Assembly: GCF_044704955.1 (NCBI RefSeq)
Contig: NC_091999.1
Coordinates: forward strand, 53,444,001-53,508,000
DNA length: 64,000 bases
Reading direction: 5' to 3'
Source of the DNA: Pristiophorus japonicus
Taxonomy: Eukaryota
Of the stretch, positions 1 to 12,081 are shown piece by piece; position 1 is the stretch's first letter, and each line of letters starts with the position of its first letter. The notes under the pieces were generated by a model. That model saw only the letters and a program-made list of their open reading frames with translations. It was not told where the DNA came from and did not search any database. The position numbers and the translations under genes are program-made.

Positions 1-845
1 AGCCTCTTAGCGTCCTCCTCACAGCTCGTACCGCCACCCAGTTTGGTGTCATCCGCAAACTTGGAGATATTACACTCTATTCCTTCAACCAAATCTTTCA
101 TGTATATTGTAAAGAGCTGGAGTCCTAGCACTGAGCCCTGCGGCACCCCACTAGTCACTGCTGCCAGTCTGGAAAGGACCCGTTTATCCCGATTCTCTGC
201 TTCCTGTCTGCCAACCAGTTCTCTATCCATATCAGTACATTAATCCCAATACCATGCGCTTTGCTTTTGTGCTCCAATCTCTTGTGCGGGACCTTGTCAA
301 CAGCCTATTGAAAGTCCAAATACACCACATCCACTGGTTCTCCCTTGTCCACTCTACTCGTTACATCCTCAAAAAATTCCAGAAGATTCGTCAAGCGTGA
401 TTTCACTTTCATAAATCCATCATGACTCGGTCCGATCCTGTCACTGCTTTCCAAATCGGCTGCTATTTCATCCTTAATGATTGATTCCAACGTTTTCCCC
501 ACTACTGATGACAGGGTAACCGGTCTATAATTACCCGCTTTCTCTCTCCCTCCTTTTTTAAAAAGTGCCGTCACATTAGCTACCCTCTAGTCAATACGAA
601 CTGATCTAGAGTCGATAGATTGTTGGAAAATGATCACCAATGCATCCACTATTTCTAGGGCCACTTCCTTAAGTACTCTGGGATGCAGACTATCAGGACC
701 CGGGGATTTATCGGCCTTTAATCCCATCAATTTCCCCAACACAATTTCCCGCCAATAAGGATATCTTTCAGTTCCTCATTCTCATGAGACCCACAGTCCC
801 CTCGTACATTCGGAAGGTTTTTTGTATCTTCCTTTGCAAAGAGAG
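1..845 (-). mobile_element. CR1 LINE fragment (ORF2 RT region), decayed
   Basis: ORF 305..574 (FKKGGREKAGNYRPVTLSSVVGK...NLLEFFEDVT...VDVVYLDFQ) is CR1 RT; the sequence is the reverse complement of the related CR1 at ~4100-4850. Confidence 0.92.
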
Positions 846-1600
846 AACCGAATTATTGTCTCCATCTGTCTTTCTCTCTATCTGTCTCCCTCTTTGTCGA
901 TCTCTTTGTCCCTGTCTTTGTCTGTCATTGCATCATATTTGCCTCCTTCTCTTTATAGAGCACACAGACAGATCTCTGTGCATGTATGTGTTTGAGTCTT
1001 TTTCTCATTCAGTCTGACCCTCCCGCTCAGTCTCAAACTTTCTGTCTCTTTTTGCCTCTATCTTGCTGTCTTTCTCTCCCTGTTTCCCTGTTTGTCTGTC
1101 TCTCAACGTGTCTGATTCTTTCTCACGATGTCCAGTTCTATTCCAAAGGGATTCTCTCAGTCTCTCTGTCTGACTGTCTCTCTCATTCCCATCATCTCTG
1201 TCTGTCTATGTCTCTACCTATCTGTCTTTATTTGCCTGTCTCTGTTAGTACCTGTCTCTAACCTGCTCAGTATTTCCATCATTTTCAGTTTATATCTCTG
1301 TATATCTCTCTATCTGTCGCTCACTCTTCATCTGCCTCTCTCCTTGTTACTATCTTTATCACTGTCTTTCTTTCACTGTTTCCCTCTTTCTTTTTATAGA
1401 GCACACACACACACACACACACACATTTCTGTATATGTGTGTGTTGAGTCTTTTTCTCACTCAGTCTACCTCTCCTTCTCAGTCTCACACTTTCTGTCCC
1501 ACGTTGTCTCTATCTCGCTGTCTGTCTCTCACTGTTTGTCGGTTTTTCTCTGTCTCTCAATGTGCCTGTCTACTTCTCATGGTGTCCATTTCTTTTCTCA
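846..1600. repeat. CT-rich low-complexity region with (CA)n and an imperfect ~440-bp internal duplication
   Basis: ttatagagcacac...gagtctttttctca.tcagtct occurs at ~952 and ~1393; (CA)n at 1402-1424. Confidence 0.75.
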
Positions 1601-1814
1601 GCTCGATTCCTGCACTGACAGAATCCACACCCGTCAACTCCTCATTCGTGTCTTAGTTAATAAGGATATCTTTCAGTTCCTCATTCTTTCACGCGCGACG
1701 TCGGCGTTCAATTCACCGACGAGGATGAAGCTTTTTTAAAATGTTGAATATTACTTCTGTATGTCCTGAAACTTTATAAAAAGACTTGGGGAAAATAATA
1801 CGGATGTGAACTTT

Positions 1815-2075
1815 GGTATCGGCTTTGGTTCAGTGGCAGCATTTTCGACTGAATAAGGAGTTTGTGTGTGTAAGTCCCACTCCTGAGACTTGAGCATATA
1901 ATCTTGGCTGACACTCAAATGCAGTACTTGCGGAATTTTGCATTATTGAAGCTGTTGACTTTCGGATAAAATGTTAAATTCAAGCTCCGTCTGCACCCTC
2001 GGGTGGATGTGAAAGTTCCTAGAGCCTTACTCGAAAAAGAACAGGAGAGTTGCCCCTGTGTCAATATTACTATAA
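1815..2075 (+). mobile_element. Deu-domain tRNA-derived SINE (SacSINE1/AmnSINE-like), decayed
   Basis: A-box-like ggttcagtgg, then agtcccactcc, ggctgacact...gcagtact...ttcggat...gttaaa...gtctgcaccctc.ggtggatgt matching the Deu core. Confidence 0.75.
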
Positions 2076-2164
2076 ATATTCGAAAATGCTCATTGAAATC
2101 CTGTGTCTGTGAGAGTGGAGCTGCAGCCCATTTCTCACAGAGACAAAATCCGAATATTGACAAC

Positions 2165-2247
2165 ACCAGGATGGCCGAGTTGTTAAGGCGTTGGATGGCA
2201 AATCCAATGCGATTAAACCTGCGTGGGTTCGAACCCCACTCCTGGTA
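2165..2247 (+). tRNA. tRNA-Leu(TAA)-type body with anticodon loop changed to TGGCAAA (GCA at 34-36); probable pseudogene
   Basis: ACCAGGATGGCCGAG.GTTAAGGCGTTGGA...TCCAATG...GCGTGGGTTCGAACCCCACTCCTGGTA matches vertebrate tRNA-Leu-TAA; D-loop G18>T, G at position 33, poorly paired variable arm, no T4 terminator immediately downstream. Confidence 0.85.
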
Positions 2248-2429
2248 AATCTTTAAATTCAAATCGATTTCCTCTCATCCTGCTCAGTTATACCCGAATC
2301 TATTCTGTTGAATCTGAATTTGTCGATAACTTTGTAACATTCAAAGAAATGGGATTGTGCAATGTATCTGTGTCTCTCACTTTCTGTCTTTGGAGTGGTC
2401 TTTATGTGCTTGAGTCTGACTCGCTGTGT

Positions 2430-5400
2430 CTGTGAGGAATTCGAACCTGAATTTCGCGAGCTGGGAGCTAAATTAACAAATCGGACCTCAAAGGTAGCAA
2501 TCTCAGTAAGAGCTACCACTTTTCAGAGGAGGAATCGCAGGATATTTCAGATGAATGTGCGTTGCAGAAGGGAGGGATTCAATTTCTTGCGACATTGGAA
2601 CCGTTCTGGGGGAGCTGGGACCTGTGCAAACCGGACGGTCTGCACCTTAGCAGAAGCAATGTTCACGAGGGAGAGTTTGCTCGTGTTGTTGGGGAGGGGT
2701 TCAACTGATATGGCAGCGGGATGGAAACCTTTCGGGGCAGAAAAGTAAGGGTGGAGGGCAGAGAAACCCAAGGCAAAAATCAAAAATGGCCACATTGCAG
2801 CAAAATTCTAAAGGGACAAGGTGTGTTAAGATAACAAGCCTGAAGGCACTGTGCCTCAATGCGAGGAGAAATCGTAATAAGGTGGACAAATTAACTGCAC
2901 AGGCAGCAATTAATGAATATGATGTAATTGGCATCACGGAGAAATGGCTCCAGGGTGACGAAGGCTGGGAACGCAACATCCAGGGGTATTCACCAGTCAG
3001 GAAGGATAGACACAAAGGAAAAGGAGGTGGGGTGGCATTGCTGGTTGAAGAGGAAATTAACGCAATAGTCAGGAAGGACATTCGCGTGGATTCTACATGG
3101 GTGGATCTGTGGTATATCAAAGGGAAAAAAACGCTAGTGGGAGTTGTGTACCACCAAACAATCGGAGTGAGTTTGCTGACAGCATCCAACAAGAAAGTAG
3201 GGATGTGTGCAATAAAGGTACTTCAGTTATCATGAGCGACTTTAATCTATATTTAGTTTGGGTTAACCAAACTGGTAGCAATACGGTGGAGGAGGATTTG
3301 CTGGAGTGTATTAGGGATGGTTTTCTCGACCAATATGTCGAGGGACCATCTGGAGGGCTGGCCATCCTTGACTGCTTGATGTGTAATCAGAAAGGACTAA
3401 TTAGCAATCTTGTTGTGCGAGGCCACTTGGCGAAGAGTAACCACAATAAGGTTGAATTCTTTGTTAAGCTGGAGAGTGAAACGATTAATTCTGAGACTGG
3501 GGTCCTGAACTTAAGGAAAGGTAACTTCGATGGTATGAGACATAAATTGGCTAGAATAGACTGGGAAATGATACATAAAGAGGTGACGGCAGATAGGCAA
3601 TGGAAAACATGTAAAGATCACATGGATGAACTTCAACAATTGTTCATCCCTGTCTGGAGTAAAAATAAAACGGGGAAGGTGGCTCAACCGTGGCTAACAA
3701 GGGAAATTAAGGACAGCGTTAAAACCAAGGAAGAGGCATATAAATTGGTCAGAAAAAGCATCAACCCGAGGACGGGGAGAAATTTAGAATTCAGCAGAGG
3801 AGGACAAAGGGTTTAATTAGGAGAGGGAAAATAGAGTATGAGAGGAAGCTTGCTGGGAACATAAACACTTCTATAAATATGTGAAGACAAAAAGAGTAGT
3901 GAAGGCAAACGTAGGTCCCTTGCAGTCAGATTCAGGTGAATTTATAATAGGGAACAAAGAAATGGTAAATCAGTTGAACAAATACTTTGGTTCTGCCTTC
4001 ACGAAGGAAGACCCGCATAATCTTCTGGAAAAACTACGTGACCGAAGGGCTAGTGAGAAGGAGGAACAGAAGAAAATCCTTATTTGTGGGAAATTGTGTT
4101 AGGAAAATTGATGGGACTAAAGGCCGAAACATCCCCGGTGCCTGGTAGTCTGCATCCCAGAGTACTTAAGGAAGTGGCCCTAGAAATAGTGGATGCATTG
4201 GTGATCATTTTCCAACAGTCCATCGATTCTCGATCAGTTTGTATGGACTGGAGGGTAGCTAATGTAAAACCACATTTTGAAAAAGGAGGGAGAGAGAAAA
4301 CGGGTAATTATAGACCAGTTAGCCTGACATCAGTGGTGGGGAAAATGTTGTAATCAATTTTTAAAGATGAAATAGCAGCCCATTTGGAAAGCAGTAACAG
4401 GATTGGTCCAAGTCAGCATGGATTTATGAAACGATAATCATGTTTGACAAATCTTCTAGAATTTTGTGAAGATGTAACTAATAGAGTGTACAAGGGAGAA
4501 CCAGTGGATATGGTTTAGTGGGACTTTCAAAATACTTTTGACAAGGTCCCACACAAGAGGTTGGTGTGCAAAATTAAAGGACATGGTATTGGGGGTAATG
4601 TATTGACGTGGATAGAGAACTGGTTGGCAGGCAGGAAGCAGAGAGTCAGGATAAACGGTTTATTTTCATAATGGCAGGCAGTGACTCGTTGGGTGCCGCA
4701 GGGCTCAGTGCTGGGACGCCAGCAATTTACAATATACATTAATGATTTCGATGAATGAATTTTGTATAATATCTCCAAGTTTGCAGATGACATTATGCTG
4801 GATGGCGGTGTGAAATGTGAGGAGGATGCTAACAGGCTGCAGGGTGATTTAGACAGGTTAGGTGAGTGGGTAATTGCATGGCAGATGTAGTATAATGTGG
4901 ATAAATGTGAGGTTATGCACTTTGGTGGCAGAAACACGAAGGCAGAATATTATTTGAATGGCGGCAGATGAGCAAAAGGGAGGTGCAACGAGATCTGGGT
5001 GCCATGGTACATCAGTCATCGATGGTTGGCATGCAGGTGCAGCAGACAGAAAGAAGGCAAATAGCATGTTGGCCCCATATCTTGGGGATTTGAATATAGC
5101 AGCTGTACTGGGCCTTGGTGCGGCCTCACCTGGAATACTGTGTTCAGTTTTGTTCTAATCTGAGGAAGGACTTTCATGCTATTGAGGGAGTGCAGCAAAG
5201 GTTCACCAGACTGATTTCCGGGATGGTAGGACTGACATATGAGGAGAGATAGGATCGACTGGGCCTGTATTTACTGGAGTTTAGAAGAATGAGAGGGGAC
5301 CTCAGAAACATATACGATTCTGACGGGGCTGGGCAGGTTAGATGCAGGAAGAATGTTCCCGATGTTGGGGGAGTCCAGAACCAGTGGTCACAGTCTGAGG

Positions 5401-5694
5401 ACAAGGGATAAGCCATTTAGGACCGAGATGAGGAGAAACGTCTTCACTCAGAGAGTTGTTAACCTGTGGAATTGTCTTCTGCAGAACGTTGCTGATGCCA
5501 GTTCATCAGATATATTCAAGAGGGAGTTGGATATGGCCCTTAAGGTAATGGGATCAAGGGGTGTGGAGCAAAAGCAGGAAAGGGATACTGAGGTGCATGA
5601 TCAGCCATGATCTTATTGAATGTTGGTGCAGGCTCGAAGGGGCGAATGGTCTATTCCTGCAACCTTTTTCTATGTTTCTATGTTTCTATGTTTC
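2430..5694 (+). mobile_element. 5'-truncated CR1 LINE: ORF1 esterase C-terminus, ORF2 endonuclease-RT, 3' tail; pseudogenised
   Basis: ORF1 esterase-like (RELGAKL...RREGFNFLRHW), APE start LKALCLNAR...IGITE.WL, RT motifs (NYRPVSLTSVVGK, GVPQGSVLG-like, FADD), tail (tttctatg)n at ~5666-5694; many stops and frameshifts. Confidence 0.95.
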
Positions 5695-8600
5695 AGGGTG
5701 CATGCATCTAATGGCCCAGTGTGCTTTGCCATTTCTTTCAACTGGGTGCTATTTATTGAATCTGTAACTCGCCCGGTTTGTATCTGCTCCATATTGTGTC
5801 TCACCTGACCAATCATCCATCTCCTATAGGCACGACATTTGTCTCTCTTCCTGTCCTCGGCATCGTCCTCTCAATTCCTGCTTATTTAGCTCGTTAATTG
5901 TTCGTGCATGGTCTTCCAATACGGATACACCCTGTCGCATTTTTTTTTGATGTTTTGGATCATAACTGTGAAGATTCTATCCCAATCCTAGTCTGTTTCC
6001 TGATTAGTAACTACGTTGTTCCCCTCAAACTATCTACACCTGCCTGGATATCAGGTGCACCTACTCGAGATGTCCCTGTACAGTTAATACGTGTTTTGCT
6101 ATAGATCTCCTCTGTCTTCCTTCTTTGTGTCTCAGCTGCTTGTGTTACTCCCTTGCTCCTGATGTGTCACTAGCTATTCTCAGGATTGTGTCTACCAATC
6201 GTGTTTACAATGCTTTAGTCTTGTGGCTAATTTTTTCTGGCTGTTCAATTTATGCTCACAGGTCACATTTCATGCTGGACTTTGTGAAATAACAACATTA
6301 CTTCTGTTCCAGTTTTAACTACCAAGCAATTTCCCAAGGTTAATTCCCCTGGTTTACAATATTCAGGTAACATTTTTTACACACTTATCTTCAAGACAAA
6401 CGCTCCTGACATTTAGATGCCGCCCCCTTGAGGCTGCTTTACGTTGTTGTTGTAACCACCGGTGTGGTAAAATGCTTCTGGGCCCCCTAGGGGCGGCCTT
6501 GCAGCTTGTCCTTGTAGAATCGAAAGCACGGTGATGATCACGTTTATATTCTGTTGATAAAACACATCCTGGATATTCCAGGTTTTAGTTAGAGTCTTAC
6601 CTTTTCCATTTCAACCGGATTTTCCTTTCACTAGCCGCTGTATTGGTTCTGCAATTGCCGTGGTTAGGCACAAAATTCCTGCAATAGCTGAAGAACCCCA
6701 GTGTCTTACATATGCCTCAGGCTGGTTTTGGTCGGGGCATAATCCTAATGTCCTGCTTCCTGTCATTGGACATGGTCCGAGTTCCTTGGGATATTTAGTG
6801 TCCCAGGTACTGTACGACAGCTTGTCCAATTTGTGCCTTTTTGGGACTTACTTTAAAACCTATTTCCGTTATCTCAAATGTCTTTTCCATAACTAGAACA
6901 GAGTCTAGCATGGAGGCTTTGATAACTGCTTTCCGTTATCTCAAATGTTCCAGTATCAAAGCCTTTACTTCTCACTTTCTGTGGTTCTTCAACCACTGTA
7001 TCTGAAGTCACAAGTTCAACTTATATTTTCCTTTGTTCAAAACTGCTACAGCCTGCCGTTTTAACATTTTAATTTTTTCAAAGTTCCTTTTAACTACGCA
7101 GATAGCTCCCCACTTGCCCAGGAGTTTGACCTGATCCCTGAAGGTATTTCTACATTGTTTCCAAACATTATAGTTTTATTTCTCTTTTTTGAAAACATAT
7201 CAGATTTAACTTTTTATGTTAAATGTAACTCATTTTGTTGTGTATTTTCTTAAACAGTGGTACTTGAAATATTCACATCAAAATTAACTCTTCACTGCTT
7301 CCATCCTAATTTCTGCTCCCCTTTTCTTGTATTTGTATTTCTTGTTGGATTATGAAATGTCAAATATGGTAAAACTGTTTTTTAATCGGACTTCTCATTT
7401 ATGCTTATAGTGATTCAAAGATCACAGAATGCAAAGTACTTGCTTTATAATTATGTCCCTAACTTCTGTTTTAGAAGCTGAACATCAAAAACTCTGATCT
7501 TTTGCGCTGTAACTTCAATTTTGTGACACAGTATCTCAGAAATTACCTCTTTTTAAGCTTCAGCTTCTGACTCAGTATGTTTACTTTTATTAAAAGGCTT
7601 CCAAACACAAGAGTTTCCAAAACAAACAAAATGTTTATCAAGGAGAATCACCTGAAATATCTCAAAGTCCCAATTCAAATATTGTATTGCCAATCTTTTA
7701 TTTAAAAATCTTTTTACTGAGCTGGAAGCATTCGCATCAAGATTTTACACAAAGGAATATGGGGCGTACTTCCCCAGTGATTTTATTTTTAAAGCATCAT
7801 GCATTTTTTACTTTTGCTTAACAAACCTATCCTTTGTGCATTTCCTAGCTCCAGAACATATCTTCCGAATAACTCCACAACTGGTTTTCTAAATTAAAAT
7901 GTAATTCAATTCTAGGTTCACACTTTCTTAAAACTTCCCTCATACAGGGCAACACTGCAAAGGGTTAAAAAAAACTTTCACTCTGTCTGAAAAAGTGCGT
8001 GGAGCCAAAACAACAGACAGCTCCACCACTTTCTGAAGCAGGCTTTCAGACACATGAAACATTCATTAATTCCCACATCAAATATTCCCTGTCAAAAATC
8101 ACACAATCACTTTCATTCAAAGACAGACATTCACAAAAGTATCTCTTCATTCAACAAAGCTTATTGTTTGGCTGGCTCTAATTTTGGATCCATACTTCAA
8201 TTAAAAGTAGTCAGTAACAGTTTTTATTATGGGCTTCCGAAAAATATCAACTAAGCTTGCCTTATGGCCCCCAATGAATCCTTTATTTTCCTCTGCTCCT
8301 AATCATAACCCTGTTCGTGTGGGGATACAAATGTGGGACAAATTCCTCTGTCCATTCCCTTCCGTCATCAATATCTATTTTTATACTTTCATCCTCTTGT
8401 CTTTTGTCACTTTCTTTGTCCTTCTCACCTTCGGGTGTCTTTCTATTCATCTTTCCGGCTGTTAAACTGCTCTTTTTCACTTCATCATATCCTGGCTTAA
8501 CTATCTTCTTAACCTTTTCAGATTTATCTCTCAGAAACTCTTCTGGTAGTTTATACCTCACCCCTCCAAATGCCTTGGCAGATTCCTTTGCCATTTCTTA

Positions 8601-9379
8601 CACTGGGGCTTTTTCCCCAGTTCCCGTTTTACCATCTTTACTTAAGCGGAACTATTTACACCGAGACTTTTACACCGATATCCCCTATACATACTTATTC
8701 TCCCGACACATGTATTTACTTACAGTGTCCTCAACTGGATTTACTGGCTGCATGGACTCTGCTTCAGATTCGTTGGATCTGGTTACTTTGCGAGGAGAAT
8801 TCCTCAAGGTAATTCTCTACTCTCTCGTTTTTCGGTTGGTTTGGTTTTTTGAGTCTAATCTGCCCGTCCAGTAGATCCTGCTGACTGCGCCAAGTTGTTA
8901 GGGTGAACTTCAAACCACCACTCGGAGTCCGTTAGCCTTAAACTAAATGAGTTTTAATGAATAAAAGATACAAGCCAGCAGGAGAGCTATCCTTGAAGGA
9001 ATGCTCAGAGAAACTGCCAGAGACATCTTATTTTATACAGTTTCAGATTATAGCATTACGTAATTACGCAAGTTACAATTAATACGTGCTGATTGATTAA
9101 TACATGATTATCTGGTAGGTTGCTTCCTCCAATCTGGCCTCTATATGCTTTAATTGGTAATTCAGGATACATGTTCTTATGATTCTTTTTATTTAACTTG
9201 TATTTTGTTATAGAATTCAAATTCTATGTTATCTGTGTCTTTGCCGAGCTCCCAAGGCATTTGTTCTATGAATTGGAACATCTGCTCCTCTGCGGAAGGC
9301 ATCCCACACATGCTTCTCACAGTCTGAAAAACAGGCTGTGGGATCCATTTTAAAAATCTGTTAACTCCATTTTAAAACA
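5695..9379 (-). mobile_element. Decayed LTR retroelement/ERV: 5' LTR (~8896-9379), tRNA-Ser-like PBS, leader and gag-like remnant; 3' part lost
   Basis: TG...CA-bounded ~484-bp segment containing minus-strand TATAAAA and ATTAAA, immediately followed by a PBS; leader shares homology with the ERV at 38465-38685; gag assignment is weak. Confidence 0.65.
8875..8892 (-). promoter_or_regulatory. Primer binding site, tRNA-Ser-like (TGGCGCAGTCAGCAGGAT)
   Basis: + strand atcctgctgactgcgcca versus tRNA-Ser 3' end ATCCTGCCGACTACGCCA (16/18); 3 nt from the LTR terminus. Confidence 0.7.
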
Positions 9380-9399
9380 TCCCAATTATTATTATTAAT

Positions 9400-11000
9400 T
9401 GTAATTACGATTTGTGATCTGCCCTTTCAGGCGATTATGTGGCATCTTATCGAAGGCCTTTGGAAAATCTACATAAATTACATCTACTACATTACGTTAG
9501 TTTACGCTATCTGCTACTTGTTCGAAAAATTCAAACAATTTGGTCAATTCAAGACTTTCCCTTTTATAATACATGCTGACTATTCATTTTTGATTTCTAG
9601 TTGTTATTCCACTTTCTCCTTTAGTAGGGATTCCATTATTTTTCCTACCAACGACGTTAAGTTGACTGGGCTATAGTTCCTCAGACACGTTCCATCTCCC
9701 TTCTTAAAAATAGGTATTACATGAGGTATCTGCCAATCCTCCGGCACTGCACCTTATTCGAACGAAATATTAAATATGTTTATTAATGCCTCTGCTATCT
9801 CTTCCCAAGATGTAATTCGTCCGAAGCAATCATTTTATCCTTTTTCGGTTTGATTAGTTTAAATAATATTTTCCTTTTGTTCTTATTAAATGCAGTTATT
9901 TCATTTCTAATATCATCCGATGTCATGTCCACCTTTTTGTCTCCCTGATCAATACTGATGCAAAGTAATTGTTTAATATTTCTACCTATCTCTGCCTGTG
10001 GACAACCTTCTGTGCCATGTACCTTGGTATGTATTGTGGCTGTCCTCCACTCAATCTGTATCCTTATCGTTAAAGGTAACGAGTATATCGTACCATTTGG
10101 ATAGGAGCAGTGTCTCATTCTCAGCCTCTCCTCAGTTCTCGCTACACGGCACCCAACCAGCCACGGACTTTCCTGAACCTGGGATTTTTGTAGGATGTGA
10201 ATGTTTTCTGGATTAAACTATCCAGAAATCACTTATCATCTGTGATTCAGAATGTGTCGAACTCGCACTCCAGCCCAATTACTCTGAGCCAGAGAGAATA
10301 AAGCAGAGACATTTCCTGCAGATGTGGGAATGCGGGACGGATTTGCTGTGCACAAATGCACACACATTACAGTCTCGACTCATTGCCTACCTTGCCATCT
10401 TTAGTTATTTTTTAAAAATGTATTTGCTTATTTACACACTGAATTAATTCAAATAGTTATTTTTTTTACATCGGTTATTTATAATGATATTACTTAATTA
10501 GGTTATATAGTTAAATTATTAATTTAATAAAGTGTTGTTATTGCTCCCAGGTCTTAGTTTAGACCAAGCTTCGAGAAAAAGGCAATACTCACCAAACATT
10601 CATCTATCTGCTCTATTTTGGAGACGAAAGCAGCACATCCTTCCACCACTGTTCCCATTCCAATTCTCTCCAAATTCCGTTTAATATCACTGTGCTGAAC
10701 ACACTGTGCATCAGCAGTTAGTGTTTATTCTTATACCTTTGGAGACACACACAAGGTGGCTCAGCTCCATGCCCATTGCTCGCAGTAATTAGCACATATT
10801 GAAGACTAACACTTACAGCTGACTGATAGTTAACTACCACTAACAGGCAGTTTCTGCTAACTACATTTGTTAAAGTCCTAAGTTCAATTCAAAACGTTAA
10901 ACTAAATTTCCCTTCTTACAGTTAATACTCTGCCAGACTCACCCAGGACTTACCATTGAATTTCACTCGCTCCCCATTCCCAAGTTTAACACTCTCTTTG
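9400..11000 (-). mobile_element. Old CR1 remnant (RT piece, ORF1 zinc-finger piece, 5' UTR)
   Basis: Minus strand encodes a VDVIYVDF.KAFD-like RT motif near 9450-9490 and HICRKC near 10310; partly inside the left duplication arm. Confidence 0.65.
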
Positions 11001-12081
11001 TGCCCTCCGTTTAAGATCAGGATGTGGTGATGGAGAAAACTCTGGCATGGTGTGCAGGGCCGAAAGGGGACGGGGTGGGGAAGGTCGCTCTGTAAATTTG
11101 CAGTCTACAGGCAGTCGGGCTGCTGACTCCACGAGCCCCCAGGGAAACCACAAGAAACAGGCTCAGACCAACGTGTAGCTGTGGCCACCAAATGTTCTCT
11201 TTCTATGTTGCAGACGTTAAGCAACTCGATGTAAGTTGATCTGTGAAGGAGAAGGGATGTCTGAAATGCGATTGTGGGTCAACCACAGACCAGGGCTTGG
11301 TCAGAAGGGCAGGTCTGTGATGTCACAATACTCAGGCACAGTGTCATGGGGGTTTCACCGCTGTATTACTTCACAAGTACAGCAATACCTAGCAACAAAC
11401 TCGTTCCGACCTTCTTTGAACACTGTATATTATGGGCTATGTTTAGCAAGGAGAATTTACAGAGAGTGAGGAGGGGCTGAGTTCAATGTGCGGGGATCAC
11501 TTCATCCTGCATATCACCGCATTGTTCAGGCAGATTTACAAACGAACTTCCCAGTGGTGAATGTCACTGGGACATACTCCGTCTGCAGGAGACCCTTTAA
11601 TCCCAAAGGTAGATTATATGAAACAAGGATACGTCGCTATCAGCAGGCGCTGGGGCTGCTCAGGTTAAACCCCACTGGGAGAAAAACACAAGGAGCCTGC
11701 AAAAGGCTGAAAGCACTGACCTTTCAGCTTTTGAAAGCCTCCCTCCCTGGCTGTTGTTTGGTCCCAGGCCATTTCCCCCGGAAGTTTCCCTGTGAGTGCT
11801 GGGACTGAGCGGCCCTTCCCGCGCCTCTGGGTAAACACATCAGACCCGAGCCTGGCGGTCGGGAGCTTTATACACCTGTCCCAGGCCGCACCAGAGGTCT
11901 TAGTGGGGTTAGAATCTGCAGGGGCCCAGCTGTACTGATCCCCGTGGACTTCCCCACCTCTATCATTTTTGTTAGTCACTGAATCCGCGCGGTGAAAGAT
12001 GAAAACAGGCCTCACTGTGTGTGTATCACAGAAATGAGCGGATTGGGCAGAACGCCCGCCCAACACATTGTGTGATTCTCA

